Shown here piece after piece: positions 1 to 13,143 of a stretch of 64,000 nucleotides of DNA. Under the pieces are notes generated by a model. The model was not told the origin of the DNA, searched no databases, and worked only from the letters and a program-made list of their open reading frames with translations. The stretch's first letter is position 1; every line of letters starts with the position of its first letter. Origin of the DNA: Squalus acanthias (Eukaryota); NCBI GenBank assembly GCA_030390025.1, contig CM059431.1, positions 124,498,001 to 124,562,000 on the forward strand. The letters run 5' to 3'. Made by a program: the position numbers and the translations under genes.

Positions 1-84
1 ACATGAGAAAATCATGAAAGGGAATTAAATCCTATCTAAATATATATAAACCAAAACTACAAAAGGCTTTTGGACAGCAAAGAC

Positions 85-1025
85 AGTAACACAAATTTAA
101 GATCTTATTGATGTCTCAGAGTTCTTGGACAAGACATCAATAGGCAGCAGCCAGTAAGTTTGAGCAATAGATCAAGATTTATTAAGCTTACAGTGTAATA
201 TACTTAACAATAGGTGATAGTTTTAACGAGTAGCTCGCAGACCTTGGTCTCTGGAACCTCTCGGACACAGATGACGTCGTCTTAAGTCTGTTCCTTTGTT
301 CTCGCAGTAAGTCTGTGTAAAATTGTTCTTTGAGTATCGAGGTTTTAACCCTTTTCTTAACAAAAGTTCATTTGGCCAGTGTCCATATATGGTCTTTAAC
401 AAAATCACCTCCTTTAATTGGTTCTAATGGTCAAAATACCATTGTCACTCAGACTAAGGTTAGCATCTTGGCCACTCCTTTTTCAGTACTTTTCCACAAC
501 CCTATCCTGCTGTCTTGTTATCTTGTTTATAGTTCTTCACCTCATTGGAATTTACCATATCGCTTTCATTTCTAGCCTCCCCTGGTACAAGTGGTATAAG
601 GCCTTTCTCTACCAAGGGGCCCATCTCAGCGCTGTCTCCCTAGGCTTGATGGTGTCCAGGCTATCTCACTTTAATCTACCAGATGGATACCTTAACTCCA
701 TGATCTCTCTCATTTTATTTCCTTATACTAATTATCTTTTAAATATCTTTGCAATTAGTTTTGTTAAGCGAACTCTAATTTCTACTTAGCGTTAGGATAT
801 GTCATTTAACAATTTAACCTTCACTCGCAGCCTGTGGCTGTTTGTTATCAAAGCTTAGTCAAAACTGCTTTTGACTGTCCTTGCAGCTGCATTCTGAAAA
901 AGTCTTAGCATTTTAGTTACCCAGGAGTAATTATGGGTAATATTAGTTGGTCAATGGCTATACTTGAATTTATACATATATGGTTCTTGTCTACTAAATA
1001 TCTCTAAATATCAGTCTTTCGTACA
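85..1025 (-). mobile_element. Possible LTR-like repeat (boundaries approximate)
   Basis: AATAAA on minus strand near 178-183 and an 11-bp-stem hairpin near 106-141; no TG..CA ends or TSD established. Confidence 0.25.
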
Positions 1026-1478
1026 CAAAGGTCCTATTTTCAAACTCAAACAAATGAAAGTTTCTTTCAAAGTTTGTATCCACTCAGACACAAACCAATG
1101 CCTCATTGTTATGGGCTGTAGCATAAAATAATACTATTTTCTCATCCCACCTCTCCTTATGCTGTGCAACAGGCTCCTGTGCCTGTTTGCACCAGACATT
1201 AAAATTTTCAGGGTAAGTAATGCGCAGTTGGTGGGCAATTAGCCCAACTTTTCGCCAGCACTTTGATTTGAATGGGTAGGTGAAACGTGCAGCGAAGCTG
1301 TTGCGCAGTAGGAACTTGACAGATCGCAAGCACAAGCAGAAATCCCGAACTTGCGGTCAATTTCAAAGGTGGTATGACGGCGTACTCTGAGCATACGCCG
1401 TCATACCGACCGCGAATTCAACGCCAATAAGTACTTCTTTGTGTTTTGTATTCTCTTGATGGTAAATAAAAACACTAT

Positions 1479-2240
1479 GGGCTGGATTTTGAATGACCCA
1501 TGGAGTCGGGTTTGGAGGCGTGTGGGGGGTTAAATTTGCGGGGTCGGTGTTTCCGACCCCATCCCGACTCCATCCCGCCTCCACGCAATTTTGACATAAT
1601 CAGTCGCGGGGTTCCCGATTCTGTCCCGCCTCCAAGAGGCGGGAGAGGCCATTAAAGCCCTTAACAAGCTCTAAATTGGCTCTATAATGCGATTTTGAAA
1701 CGCTGTAGCTAGTTTAACCCTCTTCTGACGTGAAGCACGCCTGGTGTGAAACACTCCAGTGAAACCTGGCGGGAGCAGAAGTGGATAGCTGGCTTTCGGC
1801 TGCAAGTGCACTATTACAACGGAGATGTGTTGAAGGTGTTAGTATTAGGTCTGAACATTGCCTGTGATGCTGCTGCATTGAATGTCTTAAGACACTGGCT
1901 GGGAGGACTTACTTGGCAAAAAAAGTCTCTCTTTTCTCTCTCTCTCTCTCTCTCTCACCCACCCCCCCCCATTTCTGCATCCAGGTCCACTCACATCATA
2001 AGCCAGGCAACCCCTCTCTCACCAACAGTCTCTGAGACTAGGCAGTCAGTACTGATGACATCATCAGAGGCGGGTTTTAGACTGAAAACACTAATTAGTT
2101 CATGGGTTCCCACATGCTCCAATTTAATTGCCCAATTAAGTGAAAATTGCATCAGGCACCCACATTAATCTGGAGTCGGGGGGGAAACACAAAATGCGGA
2201 TTACACGACCCCAACCCGACCCCAAGACAAAATCCAGCCC
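1479..2240. mobile_element. Non-autonomous PIF/Harbinger-type element (MITE)
   Basis: TIR GGGCTGGATTTT...AAAATCCAGCCC; 3-bp flanks TAT/TGT; inverted relative of 12412-13143. Confidence 0.8.
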
Positions 2241-4816
2241 TGTCAATCTTGTAAAGGATGAATAGAACTCTAAACATTACCCACACGTTACCATTCTATT
2301 TTTTCAAAGGAAGATGAATGCTACTATAAAATACAATAATAAAACAGTTCCATTCTAACCATATATTCAATCTTCAAACCCACTCTCTTCCAGCTAAACC
2401 ATCGGAACCTTGTTTGGGATTTTTCTTAGGTGTCAGGTGCTCGGCTCTTTTAACTTCAATAAATGTTTGTGCACGGTGAGCAATTTGCAAACATGTGGGG
2501 ACACCGCACTTTCCTCTCAGCAGCCCAGTGATACATCCACTGTTCATGAAGCCACCAATAAAGAGCCACAATTATCATCTCAATCAGCAAGAAATAAGAC
2601 TCTCAACTGCTATAAGAAACAAACTGGCTGCCGATCCTGACACGCTGACTGGAAACTGGAGTCACAACGTTGAATTCATCTACAAATGGCTGTTTCATTG
2701 AGGTATTCATCATTATGTGAGGGGCACTGGCCAGAACACCAGCAATAGTTGGCTCAGTAATGTATCCCCTCAATCCAAAATCCTGACTCCAATAGAAGAA
2801 GCCATAACAGAACTTTCTGGCCTGCAAAGTCTGGAGAAGGCTACTGAGGTTGATTATTATTTATGTTGTCCATGGCACCTTACTGATAAGAAGTGTAACC
2901 TGAATTAAGAGTTAGAAAACATGCTTTCACCTATGTCTGTGTGCTTTTTGTATAACATTATGTACTTTAGATATTTCCATTTTTATATTCTTTTGAGAGC
3001 AGATTCTGAATTACTCACACTTTTCAACACTACAGTGTTAGATACCAGTCACACACCTATCCATACTGCACCATGCACCAGCACAAATACAGATATCTGC
3101 ACTTTCACAAACTAGTGAATCAGTTCTGCTCCTCCTGGCTCCACACTAACGTAAGTAAAGAAAAAAATTACTTACCTTTCCATTGGTGACGTCCAACAGT
3201 CCCATTAAGGACTGTTGGTTAGTTCGCTGTACACCCAGAAAAACTGAACTGAGCATGCACAGCACATACTCCACCCAGTTTATGCCAAATTTGGTAGTGG
3301 GGTCCGAATACATCCATTAGCCCCCTAATTAGCATATTCAAGGGGCCTAATGCCTGTTTTATGCAGGCACTTGGAAGTCACTGGTACTTCCGGGGGTGAT
3401 TGAGTGCGAGAGATCACGCCCGGAAATTGGATCCCAACTCTAAATTTTCACCCCCCACAAAAGGCAATGGGTATCAATTTCTCCCTCTATGGCTCTGTAG
3501 ACTCTCTCAGGTATGGTATTCTCAATAGAGTCCTGTGTCTGTGTGCACATACTATCTGTTTATCCTGCTGCTCATCTGATTATGGCAGTCACATTAAAAG
3601 CAACAGCCATATTGCTATCTTCTTGCTGTGTCTGAGAAAGTGTTTGTCCCAAAAACACCAACATTGAACTGTATTTATAGACAACATGTGCACAGGCCCT
3701 TTCGCTTATTAATATGATCTCCCCTATGAGCTCCATTTAAGTTTTGCAGCAATGTTGGAAATTTGTTTCTGACCTCTGAAGCTTAAGTTAGAAACTGGTA
3801 ACTTTGTCCACAAAGGATGACTATTCAGATATAATTATATCTGATATAGTGTGATATAGGTGGAAACATTTTCAACGTTTGGAAACTCAACTGCTCTGTT
3901 AGGATGAAGTTCTTTAAATAAAAGCCTAATGAATTACAAATACTGCAACATGGTAAACTCTTCCATAGGCTTTCAAAAAAAACATTAATAGGACTGTATG
4001 ATACTTACTGTCAGTTCAATGGATAAGTCGTGAATGATGAAACTACCTCCAACCCTTTCTACTGGCATTAAATTAAACTGTTTCATAAGAACCGTCAAGG
4101 ACAAAGCAAGGCCATTCAGTCCATCAAGCTGATCCCTCTAGTAGCCCAATCCTTCAGACTAGCACTCAACTGTATTTTGAACTGCCCTAATGTCCTCACC
4201 TTTATAACCTAGCCTGGTAGAATCCAAGCTTCAATCAGCCCTGAGGTTCAACAAAAAAGTCTTCCAAATATCTCTGTCCATAATAGCAAGTTCCTTTACC
4301 CTATGGGTAAATTCATCAATCTTGTGCTTACAGTGGGGAGCCACGCTAGAAAGGAGTGCAGGTCAGAGATAGGGCTACAACATGCTAGTACTGATTCTGC
4401 AACCTTCACTCTCTTCCAGATGGGATCATGGGATCAGTGAATTTTCCCTCTAATATCATCCTTTAACCAGCCTAGCCAGTGTTGTTATGGTCTTCCTGTT
4501 AATGCTGTACTTTGCACATAAAAGTACATAACTGCCTTCGATAAAATATCATCACTCATTCTACTTGAGTTGTCATTGCTGATTCACTGCACCAACATTT
4601 GTGCTGAGTCCAAATTTCTTTCATATTGTTTCATATCTAAGACATCAGAGTGCAAAAATTCCAAGAAGGCATCTTAGATAATCAATATCTATCACTATCG
4701 ATCATTGTTTATCTTTTGCTTTAAGATACCATGGGTAAATTTTGCACAGTCCCACAGGAAATGCATCTTTGTGTTTCATTGCAATGCAATAAAATAGGCA
4801 GTACTAAAATTTTATA

Positions 4817-5013
4817 CAAAAAGAAAATACTGCATATGCTGGAAATCTGAAATAAAAACAGAAAATGCTGGAGATACTCAGCAGGTCAGGCAGCATCTGT
4901 GAAGAGAGAAGCAGAGTTAATGAAAGGTCATCGACCTGAAACGTTAACTCTGCTTCTCTCTTCACAGATGCTGACTGACCTGCTGAGTATCTCCAGCATT
5001 TTCTGTTTTTATT
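4817..5013. mobile_element. Penelope-like pLTR remnant, fold-back (inverted) structure
   Basis: Two inverted arms matching the 3' end of the element at 57148-57250; perfect 13-bp TSD CTAAAATTTTATA (4804-4816 / 5014-5026); hammerhead core truncated at the junction. Confidence 0.85.
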
Positions 5014-5078
5014 CTAAAATTTTATAGTTTGACTGAGTTTGGCTTGCAAAGAATTGCTCTTCTGTTTTTTAAGGGCAT

Positions 5079-5196
5079 TAGCTGTGGCTCAGTGGTAGTA
5101 TTCTTGCCTCTGAGTCCGAAGGTTGTGGGTTCAGAGTCTCACTCCAGAAACTTGAGTACAGATATCTAGGCTGACACTCCAGTGCAGTACTGAGGG
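5079..5196 (+). mobile_element. tRNA-headed DeuSINE-like SINE, 5' part
   Basis: Box A TGGCTCAGTGG and box B GGTTCAGAGTC; same family as 31507 and 62100 copies. Confidence 0.8.
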
Positions 5197-5507
5197 ATTT
5201 TCTGGCTGATGGTACCGGAGGGTAAAGGCAAGAAAATCGAATGGGGATCCATTTTGCTATATACCTGTTCGATATGCATTGTGAGCCAGCTTCAACTTGC
5301 CGAAAGTGTACATCACACACAATCCCACTTAAAAAAAAAAATTGAATTGGACTGTGTACTCTAGAGTGGGCATAAAGGGAAGTTCCATATAAACAAAAAC
5401 CTCTTAAAGAGGTAAATGGTTTTGGGGGTATTATTTTAATTTTTTTCAGTTGCTTTTTTATTGTTGTTTTTTTTTTACTTTTTGGCACCTGAACATGCAG
5501 GAGATAT

Positions 5508-6390
5508 TTTTTTTTTAAATTTGTTTATGGCAGGTGGGCGTCGCTGGCAAGGCCAGCATTTATTGCCCATCCTTAACTGCCCTTGAGAAGGTGGTGGTGA
5601 GCCGCCTTCTTGAACCGCTGCAGTCCGTGCTGTGAAGGTACTCCCACAGTGCTGTTAGGGAGGGAGTTCCAGCATTTTGACACAGTGACGATGAAGGAAC
5701 GGCGATATACTTCTAAGTCAGGATGGTGTGTGACTTGGAGGGGAACTTGCAGGTGATGGTGTTCCCATTCATCTGCTGCCCTTGTCCTTCTAGGTGGTAG
5801 AGGTCGCAGGTTTGAGAGGTGCTGTCGAAGAAGCCTTGGCGAGTTGCTGCAGTGCATCTTGTAGATGGCACACACTGCACCCACAGAACACCGGTGGTGG
5901 AGGGAGTGAATGTTTAAGGGGGTGGATGGGGTGCCAATCAAGTGGGCTGCTTTGTCCTGGATGGTGTCGAGCTTCTTGAGTGTTGTTGGAGCTGCACTCA
6001 TCCAGGCAAGTGAAGAGTATTCCATCACACTCCTTACTTGTGCCTTGTAGATGGTGGAAAGGCTTTGGGGAGTCAGAAGGTGAGACACTTGCTGCAGAAT
6101 ACCTAGCCTCTGAACTGCTCTTGTTGCCACAGTATTTATGTGGCTGGTCCAGTTAAGTTTCTGGTAAATGGTGACCCCCAGGATGTTGATGGTGGGGGAT
6201 TCGTCAATGGTAATGCCGTTGAATGTCAAGGGGTGGTGGTTAGACTCTCGCTTATTGGAGGTGGTCATTGCGTGGCACTTCTGTGACGCAAATGTTATCT
6301 GCCACTTATCAGCCCAAGCCTGAACGTCGTGCAGGTCTTGCTGCATGCGGGCATGGACTGCTTCATTATCTGAGGAGTTGTGAATGGCAC
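5508..6390 (-). mobile_element. 5'-truncated LINE of CR1/L2 superfamily (RT C-terminus and 3' tail)
   Basis: ORF 5573-6412 contains WADKWQITF and IYKAQVRSVMEYSSLAW..LDTIQDKAAHLI, typical of the post-RT region; A-rich tail at 5508. Confidence 0.85.
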
Positions 6391-6424
6391 AGAATATGAG
6401 AAAGGAAACCAACTGAATATTATC

Positions 6425-6614
6425 TTTTTTTTATTTGTTTATGGGATGTGGGCGTCGCTGCCAAGACCAGCATTTATTGCCCATCGCTAATTGCCCTTTG
6501 AGAAGGTGGCGGTAAGCCGCCTATTTGAACCGCTGCAGTGCGCGTGGTGAAGGTACTCCCACAGTGCTGTTAGGTAGGGAGTTCCAGAATTTTGACCCAG
6601 CGACGATGAAGGAA
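6425..6614 (-). mobile_element. Second 3'-end fragment of the same LINE
   Basis: Direct match to 5520-5700. Confidence 0.8.
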
Positions 6615-7024
6615 TCTAAAATGTCGTTGCGAACCCAACTGTAATTGAAGCATTTACAAGAGTTCAGCAGAATAAGAAATTCATAAAAGAAGAAGGGATA
6701 ATGAAAGGGCCACTTACAATTACAGTTTTACTGTAGCTCAGGGAGCAACAAGGAATCTAACTTCAAGCTATAGAATCCTGTTGCAGTTGGCAAGTAAATG
6801 CAAAATTAATGATGGTGCCAGGGAAATCACCAGATATGAGCTACCCAGAGCACCATTCTGACACAAATTATATCCGTAGACCCTCACAAAAATACACATA
6901 CCTGGTCATGATCAAAGGCAACTGCATTCCTAGTCTCTGGATCAGGAGAAAACCATTGTAGAAATTAGAAAATCTACCCTTTGTGAATGGAGGTACAGGA
7001 CTGTGAACAACCCACCTGCTTTAT

Positions 7025-7233
7025 ATAAAACAGAAAATGCTGGATATACCCAGCAGGTCAGGCAGCATCTGTGGAGAGAGAAACAGAGTTAACGTTTCAG
7101 GTCGATGGCCCTTCGTCAGAACTGACGAAGGGTCATCGACCTGAAATGTTAACTCTGTTTCTCTCTCCACAGATGCTGCCTGACCTGCTGGGTATTTCCA
7201 GCATTTTCTGTTTTTATGTCAGATTTCCAGCAT
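7025..7233. mobile_element. Penelope-like pLTR palindrome with head-to-head hammerhead motifs
   Basis: About 95-bp inverted arms centred on CGTCAG-AA-CTGACG (7120/7121); sequence matches 57148-57250. Confidence 0.85.
7087..7123 (-). ncRNA. Minimal hammerhead ribozyme motif (PLE type)
   Basis: Minus strand reads AGUU-CUGACGA-AGGGCC AUC GACCU-GAAA-CGUU-AACU; one mismatch in stem II. Confidence 0.65.
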
Positions 7234-9532
7234 CCTCTGCAGGGTGTGGATGGCATTTACACTTGACTCCATCTCCCCTCAACCCCACTGAACTGTGCGC
7301 ATGAGGGGAGATTGTCCTGGAAAGCAAAAAAGGGCAATGATTGTTTCACCCACTTCCTACAGCAATGCCTCCACTGCCGCCACAGTAAAGTGAGGTGTTC
7401 TTCTGGTTCATCACACCATTGCTTGCCCAAATATTCAGTTTTGTGCTTAATCATCAATTCCCTTTAAATGGCCTTTGCGTAGTTGCAGCAGTGCAGGATA
7501 TCTGGCCTCCAAATGCTCAAGCTCCCAAGCAGGAGCTGCCACAGAATCCCTAATTAGATATAGACCTGGAATGGCCTTTCAGAAGACACCATTCCCACCT
7601 TGGAGGCGCATATACTGGAAAATCCATCCTCTTGTGATCGATATAGTGAGTTTTTGCAGATTATTTGTCCACGGGTAATGCTTCCATTAAAACAGCTGAA
7701 AAAGAATTTCATACAAACACGTGAAAAGTTCAGATGCTAAGATCTACAAAGGTGAATGCTGTTGAACAAAATGGAAGGACTGAAACATTGTCATCAGTTT
7801 TGGTACAATGTCCAGCCTGAGCACAGGGCGTGATTTTATGAATACCCACTGGTGGTGATGGCAAGCTCATATCAGAAAATCACAATGGCACTGCCCACAG
7901 TTTTATATCATTGCTTTCATTTTTTGAAGTACGTTCACTAACTTCTATTCAGCTTTTATTTGTAACCAGTTTTACAATGGAGAAGGACTTGCAGGTACTC
8001 AGGGAAAACAGATTTCTTTGAAACAATAAATGGCTCACAGGATGTTTATCAGAATATTTTACATTAGCAATATATGAGTCACTTGTTATGCCTGAAATAA
8101 ATGTAATAGTATAACAATTAGCACCTTGCTTTAATTAGATTTTATTGTTTTAATAAACACTTTAGAGAACAATGGATCTTACGGAGGCTTCAGATTAGAT
8201 ATAAAATTGCCGTAATATATTTCTTTGAAAAATAGTACTCGCATATTCCCCCAGTTACATATTCCAGAAAATATTCAAGCGGTACCTCAGGTACTTTGGG
8301 ACAGTGTTATATTACTGTTTTTGCTTGTTTTTATTGTAGCTTTATGCATATTATGCTGGTTAAATATTTTGCATAAGCAAAGTTATGGAGAACGTAAATA
8401 ATAAAAATTGTCAGAAATACACTGAGGATTTTCAGCAGTGCAAAATGACATTTGAAGATAATTATACTAACAAGAAAGACTAGTCAAATGATGAGTGCTG
8501 CAGGCATGAGCAAGTGATAGCAGTCTCGCTAATCATTTTTAGCATGCTTGTGGATGAATTTGTACTTTTTGCACTACCAGGGTGAAGGATGGAAAGACTG
8601 GGAAAGGAATGATTTTCCTTTTTCCGCTCAGTGACAGTATTAAGGATTTTCAGGTCAGATAGAAGATAGGACAGATGTAAGGTGCTTTTTGTTTTTATAT
8701 ATTTGCCAGCATCATAGCAGAATATATCTAAAGGGAACTGTACCAAGTGCATGTTCCAATGTCTTTGGTTCATGAAATGATGGTTACTTCTGCATTGACT
8801 TTCTACATTGAAGGGAAGAGTTCTAGGCAACAAGACTGTCTATAAGAGTTTTTACAGGCATAAGATGTGGTATGTGGAGCTTGTATATTGCTATCTAGTG
8901 TATCCATTTTGGACTACTCCAGTAAGATGAAGTAGATTAAGGTTACAAGAGTAATAGTAAATTAACTAACTAATTTGGAATAGAAAAAAGAAGGTGACAG
9001 AGGATGGAAAAAGCTCTAGGTTGGTGGAAAGAGAGGGTTAGAGACTGGTGGACCACTGCAGGATTTTCTTTAGCTTCACCATTGTTTACACAGCTTCTAC
9101 ATGATAGGAAGGACATGACACCAAACTATCTGGCCAAGTGATGAGTATAACAGACTGAAAGAGATCTAGAGCAGCTAATTGAAATGCCTAACGAATAGCA
9201 AAGAAATTGTAATATAACCTTAGTAATGTAATACATAAATGTGTACATGATGTTGAGGTATTCATTGGGAAAGATTAAAGAGAATAAGGATTAGGGATAA
9301 TTATTGATTATTCACAGAGTGTATCCAGTAAGATGAGGTTGTTGTCAATAAGCCTCATCAAGTGCTGGGATGTAACTTGAGTATTTGATTATTTATTCAG
9401 ACAATTTATTCTAATATGTATCGATATTTAGTAATCCCACATCTAGAACACAGACACATTTTTCTTTCTCTGCTAAGTTATGGAAAGGTAATTATGAGTT
9501 ATTTCAGTGCTGAAAGTGTTAGAAAACAGTAA

Positions 9533-10368
9533 CGCTGGATTTTGTCAGCCCCGAGGAGGCGGGTATGGAGGCCGGTAAAGTTGCAGAATTTGGGGGCAGG
9601 TGGCAAACCCGCCCCCAACCCGCCTCCATGCCCTATTGCCAGGAGGCGGGAAGCCGTCCTGCCCTGGGTCCCATCTCCTCGAGGCGGGAAAGGGATTAAA
9701 GCCTATTAATTGCCTGTTAACATGTAGTTAACAGGCAGAAAATAGGAATATCCCCATATTTCTTTTCGATGTTCAGGCTTCCCGACCTTGGGGAACCCCG
9801 CCAGGGTGTAGGAGACGTGTAGAAGGTCTGTGGAGGTTGGAGGGGTCTGAAAGTGCAATGTAGATGTGAGTGATGGGTGCAAGTGTGGAGTGGTAAGTAT
9901 GTAAGGTGAGTGTAAATTGTTAGAAAATGTTCACTTACCTTTGTTTCTGCCTACAGCCTTCAGCCGCTGTGGAGCCGGAGTCCCAACATCTCCATTGTAG
10001 ATATCACAGACTGGCAGGTGGATCCTCCGATCCAACAGCCAGGTGATTTCTACAAAGTTGAAAGGTTTGATGAGTCCTGACCACAAGCTCTCATCAAACT
10101 ACACAGAATGTCACTGGTTGACAACTTCACAGAGCTGTCAAACACTGACATTTCTTCTTTCAAAAAATCTTGACAGATGTCACATCATACGTTGACGTGC
10201 TCTGTCATTGACTTCCCCCTAATTGGCCTGCTGATCCCACTGGGTGGGCTTAACAAGGTCAATCAGGGGAAAATCCCGCTGGTTGGCCCGAAGCTGATGG
10301 AGGCGGGATTGAAAGCTGGCAAGCAGCAGTTCCGCCTCCAAAAGCTTCCCATTGAGAAAATCCAGCCC
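9533..10368. mobile_element. Non-autonomous PIF/Harbinger-type element
   Basis: TIR (G)GCTGGATTTT / AAAATCCAGCCC; TSD TAA; inverted relative of 21345-22198. Confidence 0.75.
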
Positions 10369-10755
10369 TAAGATTTTGCTTCCAGTAGTTGCTTCCAGTT
10401 TTCTTTCCATGTGTCAAAGCGTAATGGAATGAGACCAGTAATAAACTTTCCTCATTAAAGGCTTGTTAAAGGCCATTAAGAAAAAGTCATGCATATTAAT
10501 ACATATTAATGCGTGGCTTCTGGGAAGATTGGATGATGGCTGGATGTTTGGTTCTTGGGAACACCTTGGTATTGCCTACAACTTTTACAAATAACAGCTG
10601 TACATAATGCAGACAACTCTTTCTCCATGACTGTGTAAATTTGGGTAGCAGATTCAGACACCTTTGCAGTACCTCCTAGCACATAGTTTGCTATGAACAC
10701 AAAAGACATATTAAAGACTCTGAAATAAAAAGTGATGAACTGATGACAAACTGAT

Positions 10756-12247
10756 GGGGGCGATTTTCTGACATCGGAGGAGGTGGGTTTGGAGGCGGGA
10801 AAGGCGGGAAAATCAGAATCGAAGAGGTCGGGCTCAGAACCCACCTCCAACCTGCCTCCACGGGATTTTGTCGGTGCCGGTTTTGGAGGTCGGGAAATGC
10901 TCCCACCTCCAGCTGGCCATTGCGCTATTAAAGATCCTTAAATGCTCGTTAAAGGACTCTCTAAGCCTATTTTGAGAGGCCCTCGCGATTTTTCCAGCAT
11001 TTCGGCATGATCCACGCACCTCCTAAACCACGGCAGGTAAACCTGGCGGGTTGACTCGTGGGTGGCCTCCTCACTGCTGCTGGTCTAACAAGACATCGTT
11101 CACTGCAGCAAGGATTACTTGCAGGTGTCAGACCTTGGCTTTATTAGGTCTCTGAACACTTTAAGAAGGCCTTCTGAAGTTGGAGGTGCTGCAGCTTGAC
11201 TCCATCAACTGTGGGATCTCCTTGGAAGACCCTCTCCCCGCTTGCAATGAGCGCTTCCCCAAAGGAGGCATCTACAAGCAGCATGGGAACCATTCATTTT
11301 CTTTCGGCATGGACCTCAGTTGAGGATGAGTAGAAAGAGGAGGAGGAGGATATGGAATGGAATGAGGAGGAGGAGGAGCAGGAAGAGGTCAGAGCGCCGG
11401 TGTATTGACCAGCGGCAGCGGCAGCGGCAGCACGCGAGCACATGGCTGCCCGGGATGCAAAGGATGAACTTATCATGACCAGATTTGCATAGTTTGCCCA
11501 AGTTGGCACATGTCCTTGACTCCATCCTAGGACATCATTGACAATGGACATGACTCTCTGGCCTCCTTTTACTCAGGCCACCAACCTGACAACGCAAGTG
11601 TGGCGGTGCCCGCAACTGTGGGACCTCCTTGGAAGACCCTCTCCCCGCTTGCAATGAGCGCTTCCCCAAAGGAGGCGAAAGAACAGATGGCATAACGCCA
11701 ACATTTTGGCTTCAAATCATTTTAATGCTTTCCAACAGGGATGGCATTTCATCCATACACAGAAACAGTCTCCCAATCTGCACACAGATCTGGAGGTTTT
11801 ATCCCTTGTCAGCTGTACCCACACAGCCTTGTTTTTTTTTGGCAGGCCTCTTCCTCCGAGATGAGTGGAACAGCACCTCCATGCTAGCTGTCGCCCCCTC
11901 AAACAACATTTTCAGTGCCTCATCCGAGAGCCTCAGATAGGCCCTTGCCTTGGAATTGGACATAGTGGTTTCTCAAAAGATGTTTGAGGTGGTGCAGGAG
12001 ACGCAGAAATACTGTGGAATGAGCCAAGGGAGCAAGAAGCCATAAAATCAGACTGGAAAAGTGCTGTCAGCAGAGGTGAGTTTCAGTCCCAAAACACTAA
12101 TTGACGAAGGGCATCCCACACCTCTGAAATCAAGTGGCCAATCATGGGAATATCGCAAATTTTTGAAACCTATCAGTGGAGGCGAGTTTCAAGCCCACCC
12201 AAACTGAAACCCGCCTCCATCTCGCCTCCAGTGGGAAAATCGCCTCC
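10756..12247 (+). mobile_element. Harbinger deletion derivative retaining the acidic transposase C-terminus
   Basis: TIR GGGGGCGATTTT / AAAATCGCCTCC; TSD GAT; 11320-11491 encodes EEEE..AARDAKDELIMTRFA*; about 64-bp internal direct repeat at 11206-11269 / 11613-11676. Confidence 0.8.
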
Positions 12248-12250
12248 GAT

Positions 12251-12289
12251 GAGTTCTGATGACAGGTCATCGACCTGAAACGTTAACTC
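12251..12289 (+). ncRNA. Minimal hammerhead ribozyme motif (best-preserved copy)
   Basis: GAGUU-CUGAUGA-CAGGUC AUC GACCU-GAAA-CGUU-AACUC: 5-bp stem I, intact core, palindromic AACGUU stem III. Confidence 0.8.
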
Positions 12290-12411
12290 TGTTTCTTTCT
12301 CCAGCCTGACCTGCTGAGGATTTCCAGCATTTTCTGTTTTTATTTCAGATTTCCAGCATACGCAGTACTTTGCTTTTGTATTAAAGATGCTAATGCTCAT
12401 ACAGATACATG

Positions 12412-12785
12412 GGGCCGGATTTTGATACTGGGGCAGGTTGGGGTTGTGTCATCCACTTTTCGTGTTATCCACCCGACTGCAATTGGATGTGGGAGATTGA
12501 TGCAATTTTCACCTAATTGGGCAATTGAGTTCCAGCATGTGGGAACCCATGAACCAATTAGTGTTTTCAGTCTGAAAGTCACCTCTGATGATGTCATCAT
12601 TGCTGCTGCATTGAAGGTCTGCAAAGACTGCCTGGCCTTTGCTGTGAGAGGACTTGGATGCAAAATGAGCAGCAGCAGCCCTAAGCCAGCTCCCAGATAT
12701 TTTTGCACCACCACTCCCAGATATGTCTCCTCCTCATCCATCCATCCAGATATGCCTCCTCCTCATCCATCCATCCATCCAGATA

Positions 12786-12823
<38 letters not shown>

Positions 12824-13143
12824 TGATAGTCAGCTATCCAAATGTGCTCCCGCCAGGTTTCACATTTGTGGTTCAGAACAGGCGTGCTTCACGTAGAAAA
12901 AGGGTTAAAATCACAAAGGCTTTTCAAAATGGCATTATAGAGGCAATTTAGTGCTTGTTAAGGGCCTTAACAGCCTATCCCGCCTCTTAGAGGCGGGACA
13001 GAGTCAGGACCAGCAGACACGATTTAATGAAAATTGCGTGGAGGTGGGATGGATGCGGGCTTGTGCCCGCCTGCCAGTTTTCACAATTTTAACCCCCCAC
13101 ATGCCTCCAAACCCACCTCCACGGGTCAATGAAAATCCAGCCC
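12412..13143. mobile_element. Non-autonomous PIF/Harbinger-type element
   Basis: TIR GGGCCGGATTTT / AAAATCCAGCCC; TSD ATG; internal (CCAG)n and (CCAT)n microsatellites; relative of 1479-2240. Confidence 0.8.

Larger units (their letters stand above)
10718..12378 (+). mobile_element. Penelope-like pLTR remnant, interrupted by a Harbinger element
   Basis: pLTR sequence at 12251-12378; short inverted piece and CTGATGA stutter at 10718-10755; 9-bp flanking repeat TATTAAAGA (10709-10717 / 12379-12387). Confidence 0.7.

Noticed and set aside
2717..2860. KILTPIEEAITELSG resembling Myb partner exon 2
   Set aside because: The similarity is short, with no TIRs or neighbouring exons identified; at best an old fossil.
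5079..5160. tRNA gene
   Set aside because: The A and B boxes continue into SINE body sequence; no complete cloverleaf.
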